From Vulcanimicrobiota bacterium (GTDB taxonomy: Bacteria; Vulcanimicrobiota; Vulcanimicrobiia; Vulcanimicrobiales; Vulcanimicrobiaceae): a stretch of 64,000 bases of DNA. Shown here one piece after another: positions 42,570 to 51,744 of this stretch. The number at the start of each line of letters is the position of its first letter. Position 1 is the stretch's first letter. Location: assembly GCA_963695225.1 (NCBI GenBank), contig OY968762.1:1920001-1984000 (forward strand). The letters are read 5' to 3'. Made by a program: the position numbers and the translations under genes. Below the pieces are notes generated by a model that searched no databases, was not told the origin of the DNA, and saw nothing but the letters and a program-made list of their open reading frames with translations.

Positions 42570-43295
42570 ATGAAGCTCGCCTGTTCCAGTGCCGACCTCG
42601 CACGCTCGCTCGCGTCGGGAACGCTCACGCAACTGGAGTGGCTCGATTGGTGCGCAGCCGAACTCGCCGCCGACGGCGTCGTGTTCGACGTCCGCCATTT
42701 TCCGCGGACCGACGGCGAGTATCTCGCACAACTGAAGAAACTTTGCGCGGATCTCGGGCTCACGATCGCGGCCGTCGCCGACGACGCCGCCTTCGAAGAG
42801 GAGGGCGCGCGCGCGCTCTCCATCGCCGCGGCGCTCGGCGCGCCCGTCGTCGTCGCCCGCGCGCCGCACGCACTCGGCGAGAACGGCGAGACCTGGAACC
42901 GCTTCGTAGCCGGCGCGAAGAGCGCCGCGCGGGCCGCGAAGCGCACGAACGTGACGCTCGCGCTGCGCAACGCTCCCGCAACGCTCTGCCCGGGGGCGGC
43001 CGAGTGCAAGCACCTTTCCAAGGACGTCGATAGCGCCTGGCTCCGTTTCGCCCCCGACCTAGCCTCGCTCGGTCCGTTAGAGGAAGCGAGCGCGCTCCTG
43101 CGCCGGGCCGTCATCGCGACCCACACGCTCGGGCCCGCCGACGACTACGAGGCGCTCGCGCGGACGCTCTCGGCGCTTCGCGCGTTCCTCGTTATCGAAC
43201 CGTCGGGTCCCGAGCCGCAAGCGGAGCTGCGCACGGCCGTCGCCCGGCTGCGTCACGCCTGGGCAGAACAGCAACTCGACCGCTCGCAGGCCTAG
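42570..43295 (+). CDS. Xylose-isomerase-like TIM-barrel protein with degenerate metal ligands
   Basis: Pattern of the sugar-phosphate isomerase/epimerase family (DGV, LGLTI, AAALGAP, VTLALRN). Confidence 0.65.
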   Translation: MKLACSSADLARSLASGTLTQLEWLDWCAAELAADGVVFDVRHFPRTDGEYLAQLKKLCADLGLTIAAVADDAAFEEEGARALSIAAALGAPVVVARAPHALGENGETWNRFVAGAKSAARAAKRTNVTLALRNAPATLCPGAAECKHLSKDVDSAWLRFAPDLASLGPLEEASALLRRAVIATHTLGPADDYEALARTLSALRAFLVIEPSGPEPQAELRTAVARLRHAWAEQQLDRSQA

Positions 43296-43315
43296 GTCGC
43301 GCCGGATCTACGGAA

Positions 43316-43502
43316 GGACAACGACCGCACTGCCGTCTGCATGCCCGGTTTGAACCTGCTTTTTGCAGGTGGGTGCGGCCCGGGCGCGAGGTGTGAACGG
43401 GGTATGCCGTACGCATCCTCTCGTATCCGGAGCTGATGCTCCCTTGGTGTCTTCATTGGCCCAACACCTAAGCAAGTACGCGAGCGAGCGCAGTCGTTGT
43501 CT
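43316..43502 (-). ncRNA. ssrS: 6S RNA
   Basis: ~187-nt intergenic region closed by a terminal stem (gacaacgac / gtcgttgtc). The minus strand carries GGGAGC and GCACCCACCTGC...GCAGGTTCAAA, resembling Firmicutes-type 6S elements, and a promoter sits directly upstream. Confidence 0.8.
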
Positions 43503-43508
43503 GCTGGG

Positions 43509-43537
43509 ATTGTCCCACCTCGGTCAAGTCTTGACGA
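43509..43537 (-). promoter_or_regulatory. Sigma70-type promoter for the 6S RNA
   Basis: TCGTCA-17bp-GACAAT with an extended TG, about 6 nt upstream of the predicted 5' end. Confidence 0.5.
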
Positions 43538-43608
43538 AACGAACGCGGCGTGATCCACCCATACCGAGCCGTGCAGCGAAGGTGCGCCCGTAGATAGCCT
43601 GTGCAGCG

Positions 43609-44334
43609 TCAATGCCGGCTTTGGGCTCCCTCACCGTCGTCCGGGTTCCCGAATTCGAACGGCAGCGCGACATCGACGGGCGCGATGCAGGCGGGGTCGT
43701 CGTGGGCCACCGAGTTCACGCGCGGCGAAACCGGCGTCGCGCTCATTTCGTCGGACGGGAACGGCCGCAGCAGCGGCATCGTCGACTCCGGGGGCGCCTC
43801 GCCGGGCGTCAGCCAGCGCTCGTAATCGCGCGGATGCAGCATCACGGGCATGCGCTCGTGGATGCGGCCCACGAGTTCGTTCGCGCGGGTCGTCACGATC
43901 GTGACCGAATCGATCGGCGGTTCGTGCGAGCGTTCCCGGTGCGCCCACAATCCCGCGAACGCGAACGGCTCGCCGGTGAGCAGCGAATAGCGGATCGGAA
44001 GCTTGCGCCCGTCGGGCAAATGCCGCCATTCGTAGAAGCCGTCCGCCAGGACGAGCGCGCGCCGCCGCACGAGCGCATCGTGGAAGGCCGGGCGTTCGAG
44101 CAACGTCTCCGCGCGCGCGTTGATCAGCCGGTTGCCGATCGAGGGATCCTTCGCCCAATTCGGGACGAGACCCCAATGCAGCGCGACGATCTCGTGGCGG
44201 CCGTCGTTGCGGACGGCGAGCACGTCATCGGTCGGCGCGACGTTCCAGCGCGGAAGGGCGTCCGTGACGAGACGATAATGCGGAAACGCGCGCTCGATCG
44301 CGTCGATCCGGCTCATCGTATACCGCCCGCACAT
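43609..44334 (-). CDS. SRAP/YedK (HMCES) abasic-site processing protein
   Basis: N-terminal MCGRY, NVAPT, WGLVP, INARAET, DGFYEW, IHERMP. Confidence 0.95.
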   Translation of the reverse strand: MCGRYTMSRIDAIERAFPHYRLVTDALPRWNVAPTDDVLAVRNDGRHEIVALHWGLVPNWAKDPSIGNRLINARAETLLERPAFHDALVRRRALVLADGFYEWRHLPDGRKLPIRYSLLTGEPFAFAGLWAHRERSHEPPIDSVTIVTTRANELVGRIHERMPVMLHPRDYERWLTPGEAPPESTMPLLRPFPSDEMSATPVSPRVNSVAHDDPACIAPVDVALPFEFGNPDDGEGAQSRH

Positions 44335-44382
44335 CACCGCGCTTTCGGGCCGGTCGCGGCGCGGTCCCGCAGCGCGGCCCGC

Positions 44383-45867
44383 TCAGGCGCCGTCCCCGCC
44401 CGCCCGCTTGCGCCCGAGGACCGGTTCGAACGCGGCGAGCGCACGCGCACGCGCGTAAGCGTGCGGAACGATCGGCTCGGGATAGTCGCGGCCGAGCGCG
44501 AAGCCGAGTTGCTCCGCGAGGAGCGGCGGAAGAGTCTGCGGCGCGTGGACGTACTTCGCCGGAAGCGTTGCGAGCGCGGGCAGCATCGCGCGAACGAAGG
44601 TCCCGTGCGGATCGAACTTCTCGCCCTGCAACGTCGGATTGAAGATGCGAAAGTACGGCGCGGCATCGGTTCCGGTCGAAGCCGCCCACTGCCAGCCGCC
44701 GTTGTTCGCGGCGAGATCCGCGTCGGCGAGACGTTGCTCGAAGTACCGCTCGCCCCGGCGGTAGTCGAGGAGCAAGTGCTTCGTGAGAAACGAGGCGGCG
44801 ATCATGCGCAACCGGTTGTGCATCCAGCCCGTCGCATTCAGTTGCACCATCGCCGCGTCGACGATGGGGTACCCGGTGCGACCGTGCGACCAGGCCTCGA
44901 AATCGGCCTCGGCCCCGCGCCACGGGATGTTGCGCGCCGCGGGAAGGAACGGGCCGCGCGCGACGTGCGGAAAGTTCGCGAGGATCTGCAGGTAGAAATC
45001 GCGCCAGATCAGTTCCGAGAGCCACGTTTCGGCTCCGAGCCGCGCCGCCGCGTCCGGCGCGGCCGCGCGAGCCTCCGCCGCCGCGGCGACGCACGTTCGA
45101 ATCCCGATCGTTCCGGCGCGCAGGTGCGGCGAGAGATGCGACGTCCCCGCCAGCGCGGGGACGTTGCGCTCCCGCTCGTACGCGTGGATCGGTCCGCCGG
45201 CGAAGCGCGCGAGGAGCGCTCGCGCAGCGCTCTCGCCGACGAGCGGAAACCCCGGGAGCGGCTCGTGACCGTAATCCTGCGGCGCAGGAACCGCGCGTGC
45301 GGCACCCAGCAGTTCGCGCGGAAGGAACCGGGCGGCCGGGATCCGCTCCGAAGGGAGGGGGGCGCGCGGATCGGCGGCATGCCTTTCGAGCCAGCGGCGT
45401 TTGTACGGCGTGAAGACGGCGTAGGGCTTCCCAGTGCCCTGCCGGATCTCGTCGGCCCAATAATACGCGTGGTCGCGGCAGGCGACCGCGCTCCGGCCGC
45501 TCGCTCGAAACTCCGCTTCGACGCGCGCGTCGCGCGAGCGAGCCGCGGGCTCGACGTCTTCGGCGTAATAGAGCGCGCCCGCGCCCAGCCGCTCGGCGCA
45601 CGACATCAATTCCGCGGCGCACGCGCCTTCGAGCAGCACGAGATCGCTGCCGCGTTCGCGCAACTCCGTCCGGAGGTCCGCGAGCGCGCGCAAGAACGCG
45701 GTGACGATCGCCGCGCCGGTGCGCTCGCCGCGGAGTTGCTCCGGATCGAGGACGAACGCGCAAGCGACCGTCTCACACTCCCGGGTGGCAAGCCAAAGAG
45801 CGGTGCTGTCGGACAAGCGCAGGTCGCGGCGCAACCATACCAGCGCGCGGCGAACGGGGGAGGGCAT
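44383..45867 (-). CDS. phrB: Class I CPD DNA photolyase
   Basis: WLRRDLRLSD, TSHLSPHL, WRDFY, TGYPIVDAAM, GWMHNRLRM, NNGGWQW. Confidence 0.94.
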   Translation of the reverse strand: MPSPVRRALVWLRRDLRLSDSTALWLATRECETVACAFVLDPEQLRGERTGAAIVTAFLRALADLRTELRERGSDLVLLEGACAAELMSCAERLGAGALYYAEDVEPAARSRDARVEAEFRASGRSAVACRDHAYYWADEIRQGTGKPYAVFTPYKRRWLERHAADPRAPLPSERIPAARFLPRELLGAARAVPAPQDYGHEPLPGFPLVGESAARALLARFAGGPIHAYERERNVPALAGTSHLSPHLRAGTIGIRTCVAAAAEARAAAPDAAARLGAETWLSELIWRDFYLQILANFPHVARGPFLPAARNIPWRGAEADFEAWSHGRTGYPIVDAAMVQLNATGWMHNRLRMIAASFLTKHLLLDYRRGERYFEQRLADADLAANNGGWQWAASTGTDAAPYFRIFNPTLQGEKFDPHGTFVRAMLPALATLPAKYVHAPQTLPPLLAEQLGFALGRDYPEPIVPHAYARARALAAFEPVLGRKRAGGDGA

Positions 45868-45927
45868 CGCCGCGCCTTTCGCGCGACGCGTCGAGGACCT
45901 GCGTCGAGCCGGGCCTAAACCGAGTTC

Positions 45928-46932
45928 ATGGATCTCTCCATCACCGAACTCGCGCTCCCGCTCGCCCACGCCTTCACGATCACGCGCGGCTCGCAGACGG
46001 TCACGGAAACGGCACTCTTCCGGCTGCGCTGGAACGGCCTCGAAGGGCTCGGCGAGTCGTCGCCGATACCGCGCTACGGCGAGAGCCTCGCTTCCGTTCG
46101 CGACGCCTTTCGCACGCGCGATTTCGCCGGGGAGACGCCGTACGAGATGGAGCGCCTGCTCGAGGGTCTTCCGCCCGCCGCGAAGTGCGGGCTCGACATC
46201 GCGCTGCACGATCTCGTCGGCAAAGACCTCGACCGCCCGCTCTGGCAACTGCTCGGGCTCGATCCGGCCCGCACGCCGACGACGTCGTTCACGATCGGCA
46301 TCGACACGCTCCCCGTGACGTTGCAGAAGCTCGAAGAGATACGCGATCATCCCGTCATCAAAGTCAAGCTCGGCACCGGGCGCGAAGTCGAAACGATCGA
46401 GGCGATGCGCGCGCGTTATACCGGGACGCTGCGCATCGACGCCAACGAAGGTTGGACGCCCGAACGGAGCGTTTCGATCTTGCGCGAGCTCGAGCGATTC
46501 GACATCGAATTCTGCGAGCAGCCGATCCCCGCGGGATCGCCCGCGCAATTGCGTTACATCCGCGAGCATTCGGCGATCCCGATCGTCACGGACGAAGACT
46601 CCAAGGACGCCTTCGATCTCCCGCGCTTGATCGGTTGCGTCGACGGCATCAACGTCAAGCTCGTGAAGTGCGGAGGAATCCGCGGCGCGCTCGCGATGAT
46701 CCACACTGCGCGCGCGCTCGGTTTGAAGATCATGCTGGGCTGCATGGTGGAGAGCCAAGTCCTCACCACGGCCGCGGCGCATCTCTCCCCGCTCGTCGAT
46801 TGGGCCGATCTCGACGGGCCGTTCCTCACCGCCGAGGATCCGTTCGACGGCATCGCCTACGCGAACGGAAAGATCGTCCTGCCGGAAGGCCCCGGGCTCG
46901 GCGTTCGCGAGCGTTCGACGGCGAAGCCGTAA
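45928..46932 (+). CDS. Enolase-superfamily dipeptide epimerase / N-acyl-D-Glu racemase (AEE/DgcA-like)
   Basis: IKVKLG, IDANEGW, EQP, TDED, NVKLVKCGG, GCMVES, DLDG. Confidence 0.9.
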   Translation: MDLSITELALPLAHAFTITRGSQTVTETALFRLRWNGLEGLGESSPIPRYGESLASVRDAFRTRDFAGETPYEMERLLEGLPPAAKCGLDIALHDLVGKDLDRPLWQLLGLDPARTPTTSFTIGIDTLPVTLQKLEEIRDHPVIKVKLGTGREVETIEAMRARYTGTLRIDANEGWTPERSVSILRELERFDIEFCEQPIPAGSPAQLRYIREHSAIPIVTDEDSKDAFDLPRLIGCVDGINVKLVKCGGIRGALAMIHTARALGLKIMLGCMVESQVLTTAAAHLSPLVDWADLDGPFLTAEDPFDGIAYANGKIVLPEGPGLGVRERSTAKP

Positions 46933-46973
46933 CGCGCGGGGACGCCCCGGCGCGGCGCGGAACCGAGTCCGGC

Positions 46974-48044
46974 ATGCGCAGTTATGCAGTTCTCGCAATC
47001 GATTCCTTCGCAACCCGCAGCGCCAAGACGGCGCACGGCGTGATCGCCTACGGCAGCGACGAGATCGCCGCCGTGATCGATCCCTCGCTCGCGGGGCGGC
47101 GCGTGTCCGACGTGATGCCGCATCTGCGCCGCGACGCGCCGATCGTCGCGAGCGTCGCCGAGGCGCTCGCGTACGCCCCGACGTCGCTGCTCGTCGGCGT
47201 CGCACCCCCGGGAGGCGCGCTCCCGCCGACGTGGCGCCACGAGATCCACGCCGCGCTCGACGCGAAGCTCGAGATCGTCAGCGGCCTGCACGAGCAGTTG
47301 CGCGAGGATGCGGAGTTCGCGGCCGCCGCGGCGCGCAGCGGAGCGGCGATCTGGGACGTGCGCTTCCCGCCCGAGGTCCCGCTGTTCTCGGGGGCCGCGT
47401 GGCGCGTCCCGGCGCGCGTGGTGTTGACGGTCGGCAGCGATTGTGCCGTCGGAAAGATGACCGTCTCGCTGGAACTGCAGCGCGCGGCCCGCGATCGCGG
47501 CGTGCGCGCAGGCTTCGTCGCGACCGGGCAAACCGGGATCATGATCGCCGGAAGCGGCATCGCGATCGATCGCGTGATCGCCGATTTCGCGCCGGGCGCG
47601 ACCGAGCAGATCGTCGTCGAAGGCGCGCGCGATGCGGACCTGTTGTTCGTCGAAGGCCAAGGCGGCATCAATCACCCGGCCTACGCACCGGTCACGCTCG
47701 CGCTCATGTACGGCGCCGCGCCGGATGCGCTCGTCCTCGTCCACTACGTCGCGCGCAAGACCGTCGAAGCGTTCGGCACGCCGGTGCTCCCGTACGGGCG
47801 CTTGATCGAGCTCTACGAAGGACTCTGCGCGACCGTTAAGCCGGCGCGCGTCGCCGGCATCGCCTTGAACACGCTCGGCCTCGACGACGCCGCGGCCCGC
47901 GCGGCGATCGAAGATGCACGGCGCCAAACCGGGCTCCCCGCCGACGACGTCGTGCGCTACGGGCCGCACGCATTCTACGACGCGATCGCACCGGCGCTGC
48001 GCGAGAAGACGAGGGCGCTCGGGATAGAGCCCGCCTCTGCATGA
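46974..48044 (+). CDS. DUF1611 protein (DgcN-like N-acetyltransferase)
   Basis: AKTAHG, SGLH, TVGSDCAVGKM, ATGQTGI, VEGQG. Confidence 0.88.
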   Translation: MRSYAVLAIDSFATRSAKTAHGVIAYGSDEIAAVIDPSLAGRRVSDVMPHLRRDAPIVASVAEALAYAPTSLLVGVAPPGGALPPTWRHEIHAALDAKLEIVSGLHEQLREDAEFAAAAARSGAAIWDVRFPPEVPLFSGAAWRVPARVVLTVGSDCAVGKMTVSLELQRAARDRGVRAGFVATGQTGIMIAGSGIAIDRVIADFAPGATEQIVVEGARDADLLFVEGQGGINHPAYAPVTLALMYGAAPDALVLVHYVARKTVEAFGTPVLPYGRLIELYEGLCATVKPARVAGIALNTLGLDDAAARAAIEDARRQTGLPADDVVRYGPHAFYDAIAPALREKTRALGIEPASA

Positions 48045-49693
48045 AGCCCGGGCGCGGGCGGCGCCGGCCTCTCGCGCTCGCCGCGCTCCTGGCGGCGGCG
48101 TGCCTCGGCTTCTCCGCCTGCGCGAAGGCCCCGCCGCAGCCCGCCTTCGGGGGCGCGCGGAACCCGTGGACGCAACCCGGCCGCTTGCGGCTGGGATACC
48201 CCGACGAGCCCGACAATCTCAACGCGATGTTCGCGCACGCGGCGGCCGCCGACGAAGCCGATTCGCTTCTGTTCGCCCCCGTCTTCCGCTACGACGAACG
48301 CGGCGAGTTATTCCCGGAGCTCGCCCTCGAGGTTCCGACGTACGCGAACCGCGGCATCTCGCGCGACGGCAAGACGATCGTTCTGCACTTTCGCAAGGGG
48401 GTGAAGTGGTCCGACGGCGCTCCGCTCGACGCGCGGGACCTGCGTTTCACCTGGCAGGCGGTGATGAACGATGCGAATGCCGCGAAGACGCGCGCCGGTT
48501 GGGACGACATCGCTGGAATCGATCTGCCGGACGCGCACACCGCGACGATCCGCCTCAAACGAACGAACGCGGCGATCCTGGGCATCTTCGCCGTCGGCGG
48601 CGCGGCCGTTCCTCCGCTCCCGGCCCATCTGCTCGCGGCATTGCCGGACATCAATCACGCGCCGTTCAACGCGGCGCCGATCTCGAGCGGCCCGTATCTC
48701 CTGCGCGCATGGAACCACGGCGCTTCGCTCGAGTTCGCCGCGAATCCGGGATATTGGCGCGGCAAACCCGCGATCGCCGCGATCTCGTGGCGGGTGATAC
48801 CGAACGCCGAGACGCTGTTTTCGCAGCTACGGACGCACGAGATCGACGTCTACCCGAACGTCGCGGAGGATCAGATCGGCCGGCTGGCAGCGCTTCCGGG
48901 GATCGCGGTCGCGAAGCGAACGATCGCCAATTGGCGCAGACTCGCGATCAACTGCAACAAGCCGGCGCTGCGCGACGTGCGGGTTCGGCGCGCGATCGCG
49001 GAGGCGGTCGACTGGGACCGCATCAATCGCACGATCTATCGCGGCTACAATCTGCGAGCGGTCAGCGACATCATGCCGGGGACCTGGGCCGCGCCGAAGA
49101 TCCCGTTCTACCGGCACGATCCGGACGAGGCGGCGGCCTTGCTCGATGCGGCGGGGTTCCGGCGCGGGCCGGACGGCACGCGCGTCAAAGACGGCGTGCG
49201 CCTCGAGCTGACGCTTTCGAGCACGAACAAGGCGGCCAACGAACGGGCCGAAGTTCAGATGCAGCAGGAGCTGGGCGCAATCGGGGTGCGGATCTCGATC
49301 AAGAACTACCCCGCGAGCCTCCTATTCGCGCAGACCGGCCCGCTCTACGGGGGCGCGTACGATCTCGAGTGGTCGGTCGAGACGAACGCCCCCGATCCCG
49401 ATAATCAGGCGAACTTCAGCGGCGACTTCATTCCCCCGCACGGAGCGAACACGTCGTTCTTGAACGATCCCGAGATCACGCGCCTCTCGGATGAGGCCTT
49501 GCGCACGTTCGACCGCCCCAGGCGCAAAGCGTTGTACCAGGGGGAGGAGCAGCGAATCCACGAAATCGTCCCCGTCGTGTTCCTCTATTGGGAGAACGGG
49601 TACTCCGCGTACAACAGCGACTTGACGGGTTACAAGCCGGCGCAGTTCGTCGCCGATAATTGGAACGCGTGGGAATGGAGGCTCGAGCCTTGA
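48041..49693 (+). CDS. Family 5 peptide ABC substrate-binding lipoprotein
   Basis: Lipobox-like FSAC; PELA..VPT, GVKWSDGAP, GPY, ANPGYW. Confidence 0.9.
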   Translation: MKPGRGRRRPLALAALLAAACLGFSACAKAPPQPAFGGARNPWTQPGRLRLGYPDEPDNLNAMFAHAAAADEADSLLFAPVFRYDERGELFPELALEVPTYANRGISRDGKTIVLHFRKGVKWSDGAPLDARDLRFTWQAVMNDANAAKTRAGWDDIAGIDLPDAHTATIRLKRTNAAILGIFAVGGAAVPPLPAHLLAALPDINHAPFNAAPISSGPYLLRAWNHGASLEFAANPGYWRGKPAIAAISWRVIPNAETLFSQLRTHEIDVYPNVAEDQIGRLAALPGIAVAKRTIANWRRLAINCNKPALRDVRVRRAIAEAVDWDRINRTIYRGYNLRAVSDIMPGTWAAPKIPFYRHDPDEAAALLDAAGFRRGPDGTRVKDGVRLELTLSSTNKAANERAEVQMQQELGAIGVRISIKNYPASLLFAQTGPLYGGAYDLEWSVETNAPDPDNQANFSGDFIPPHGANTSFLNDPEITRLSDEALRTFDRPRRKALYQGEEQRIHEIVPVVFLYWENGYSAYNSDLTGYKPAQFVADNWNAWEWRLEP

Positions 49694-50604
49694 GCGTCGC
49701 ATTCGCGGCCGCACCGGTCGCTCCGGGTTCAAAGACGATGCTGCCGTTCGACGGGGCGCGGCATGCCATCGTCTCGTGGAACACGTCCGCGCCGGAGGGG
49801 GAAATCCGGGTGCGCGCGTTCGCGCGCGACGGTTCAGCCGGCGAACGGCTGCGCCTGGCGCGCTGGTCGCCGGCGGAGCGCCGCTCGTTCAGCGAACGCG
49901 ATGCCTCGATCGATGTCGAAGTCGACATCGTGCGCGCGCTCGTCCCGATCGCCTCGCTCGAGATCGAGACGAACGCGCCGCTCGACCTTCTCGCGCTGAC
50001 GACTCGCGGCGAACGCGTGGAGCCGCGGCCGCACGGCGGGCGGGCGATCGACCTTCCCGTCCCGCCGCGCTCGCAATTTCCGGACGACCTCGCGTCGATA
50101 CCGCCGCGCCTCGCGAGCAGCGCGCGCGGTTGGTGCAGCGCCGCTTCGCTCGCGATGGTGCTGGAATACTACGGCCGGCCGGTGACGCTCGTCGAGGTCG
50201 CGAGCCGCGTCTTCGATTCAGCCTTCGGCGGGACGGGGAACTGGTCGTTCAACGTCGCCTTCGCAGGCTCGCTGGGCTTGCGGGCGCACGTGGCGTATCT
50301 GCGCGATCTGCGCGCGGCGGAGGAGTTCGTCGCCCGCGGCATCCCGCTCGCCCTCACCTACTCGTGGCGCCGCGGGGACCTGCCGGGGGCTCCGCACGCC
50401 GAATCGTCCGGACACTTCTCGGTCCTGCGCGGCTTCGACGCGCTCGGGAATCCGCTGCTGAACGATCCGGCGCAGCCCGCGCTCCGCGCGGCGTATCCGC
50501 GCTCCGCATTCGAAGCGGTCTGGCTGCGGCACGGGGGCGTGGCATACGTCGTCGCTCCGCCGCAAGAGGCCGCCGTCGTGGGCGAGTTCGCTGCCTCAGC
50601 CTAA
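49690..50604 (+). CDS. C39-like cysteine peptidase
   Basis: WCSAASLAMVLEYYG, GHFSVLRGF, LNDP (Cys-His-Asp triad); TTGA overlap with the upstream gene. Confidence 0.82.
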   Translation: MSVAFAAAPVAPGSKTMLPFDGARHAIVSWNTSAPEGEIRVRAFARDGSAGERLRLARWSPAERRSFSERDASIDVEVDIVRALVPIASLEIETNAPLDLLALTTRGERVEPRPHGGRAIDLPVPPRSQFPDDLASIPPRLASSARGWCSAASLAMVLEYYGRPVTLVEVASRVFDSAFGGTGNWSFNVAFAGSLGLRAHVAYLRDLRAAEEFVARGIPLALTYSWRRGDLPGAPHAESSGHFSVLRGFDALGNPLLNDPAQPALRAAYPRSAFEAVWLRHGGVAYVVAPPQEAAVVGEFAASA

Positions 50605-50623
50605 GGCGCAGCCGCGGGAACGC

Positions 50624-51118
50624 CTGCGCGCCTCGGGGGATCCGCCGCCGAGCGCCCCGCTCCATCTCGTCCTCGTCGAACCGCAGATCCCGCCAAACAC
50701 CGGAAACGTCGCGCGCTTGTGCGCCGCGACGGGCTGCGCGCTCCACCTCGTCGCCCCGCTCGGCTTCTCGATCGAGGATCGCGAACTCAAGCGCGCCGGG
50801 CTCGACTATTGGCACGCGCTCGACGTGACGGTTCACGCTTCGCTCGAAGCCGCGCTCGAACGCCTCGGCGCGCGCGCCTGGCTCTTGAGCACGCGCGGGA
50901 GGGAGCGCTACACGGAGGCCCCGTTCGCGCTCGGCGACGCGCTCGTCTTCGGAAAGGAGACGGCCGGCTTGCCGGAGGCGCTCTTGGCGGCTCACCCCGA
51001 GCGGACGCTCCACGTTCCGATGCGGGCGGGCGCCGTGCGGAGCCTGAACCTCTCGACCGCCGTCGGGATCGTCGCCTACGCCGCGCTCGCGAAGCTCGGA
51101 TTCCCGAACCTGCGCTAA
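50624..51118 (+). CDS. trmL: tRNA (cytidine/uridine34-2'-O)-methyltransferase; start codon unclear
   Basis: LHLVLVEPQIPPNTGN, KRAGLDYW, FGKETAGL, RSLNLS. Confidence 0.9.
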   Translation: MRASGDPPPSAPLHLVLVEPQIPPNTGNVARLCAATGCALHLVAPLGFSIEDRELKRAGLDYWHALDVTVHASLEAALERLGARAWLLSTRGRERYTEAPFALGDALVFGKETAGLPEALLAAHPERTLHVPMRAGAVRSLNLSTAVGIVAYAALAKLGFPNLR

Positions 51119-51129
51119 AGCAGCGCGCT

Positions 51130-51609
51130 CTACGCGGCGCGGTCCGCCGGATGGAACACGAGCGCGAGACCGTTCATGCAGTAGCGCAGGCCCGTCGGCT
51201 TCGGGCCGTCCGGAAAGACGTGCCCGAGATGCCCGCCGCAGCGGCGGCAATGCACTTCCGTTCGCTCTTCGAGCATCCCGCGATCGCTCGAGGTGCGGAC
51301 CGCGTTCGGGAGCGGCGCGTAGAAGCTCGGCCAGCCCGTCCCGCTTTCGAACTTCGTCTCCGAGGAAAAGAGCGCGAGATCGCACCCTGCGCAGGCGAAG
51401 ACGCCCCGGCGGTGCTCGGCGAGGAGCGGGCTCGTCCCCGGATACTCCGTCCCGTGGCCGCGCAGCACGTCGTAGCGCTCCGCGCCGAGCCGGCGGCGCC
51501 AGTCCTCGTCGGAGCGCACGACTTCAAACGTTTCGGCGGCGCGAGCCGGTCGAAAGAAGGGGACGACGGCGAGGCCGGTAGCCAAGCCGATCGCGGCACG
51601 TCGTTTCAC
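51130..51609 (-). CDS. msrB: Second MsrB with an N-terminal twin-Arg-like signal
   Basis: KRRAAIG...ARAAE leader; CAGC, GWPSF, HLGHVFPDGP, RYCMNG. Confidence 0.92.
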   Translation of the reverse strand: MKRRAAIGLATGLAVVPFFRPARAAETFEVVRSDEDWRRRLGAERYDVLRGHGTEYPGTSPLLAEHRRGVFACAGCDLALFSSETKFESGTGWPSFYAPLPNAVRTSSDRGMLEERTEVHCRRCGGHLGHVFPDGPKPTGLRYCMNGLALVFHPADRAA

Positions 51610-51673
51610 GGGCGTAGCGTACCACCCGCTATTCCGCCCCGCTGTAAGCCCGCCCACACCGCGCCTGACGACG

Positions 51674-51740
51674 GCTCGCCCTCCGACCGGCTCAGGGGTG
51701 ACGCGGGCCTTGTGTCACCCTGAGCCGGTCGGAGGTGGGC
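51674..51740. repeat. Long REP-like hairpin / terminator downstream of the acyl-CoA dehydrogenase
   Basis: cctccgaccggctcaggggtgac ... gtcaccctgagccggtcggagg, ~22-bp stem with a 1-nt bulge. Confidence 0.75.
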
Positions 51741-51744
51741 TCGA

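Noticed and set aside
43292..43612. 106-aa ORF
   Set aside because: Overlaps the 6S-like RNA and has no protein-like features
44383..47205. Apparent 940-aa photolyase fusion
   Set aside because: The N-terminal extension is the antisense frame of the epimerase; the real start is 45867
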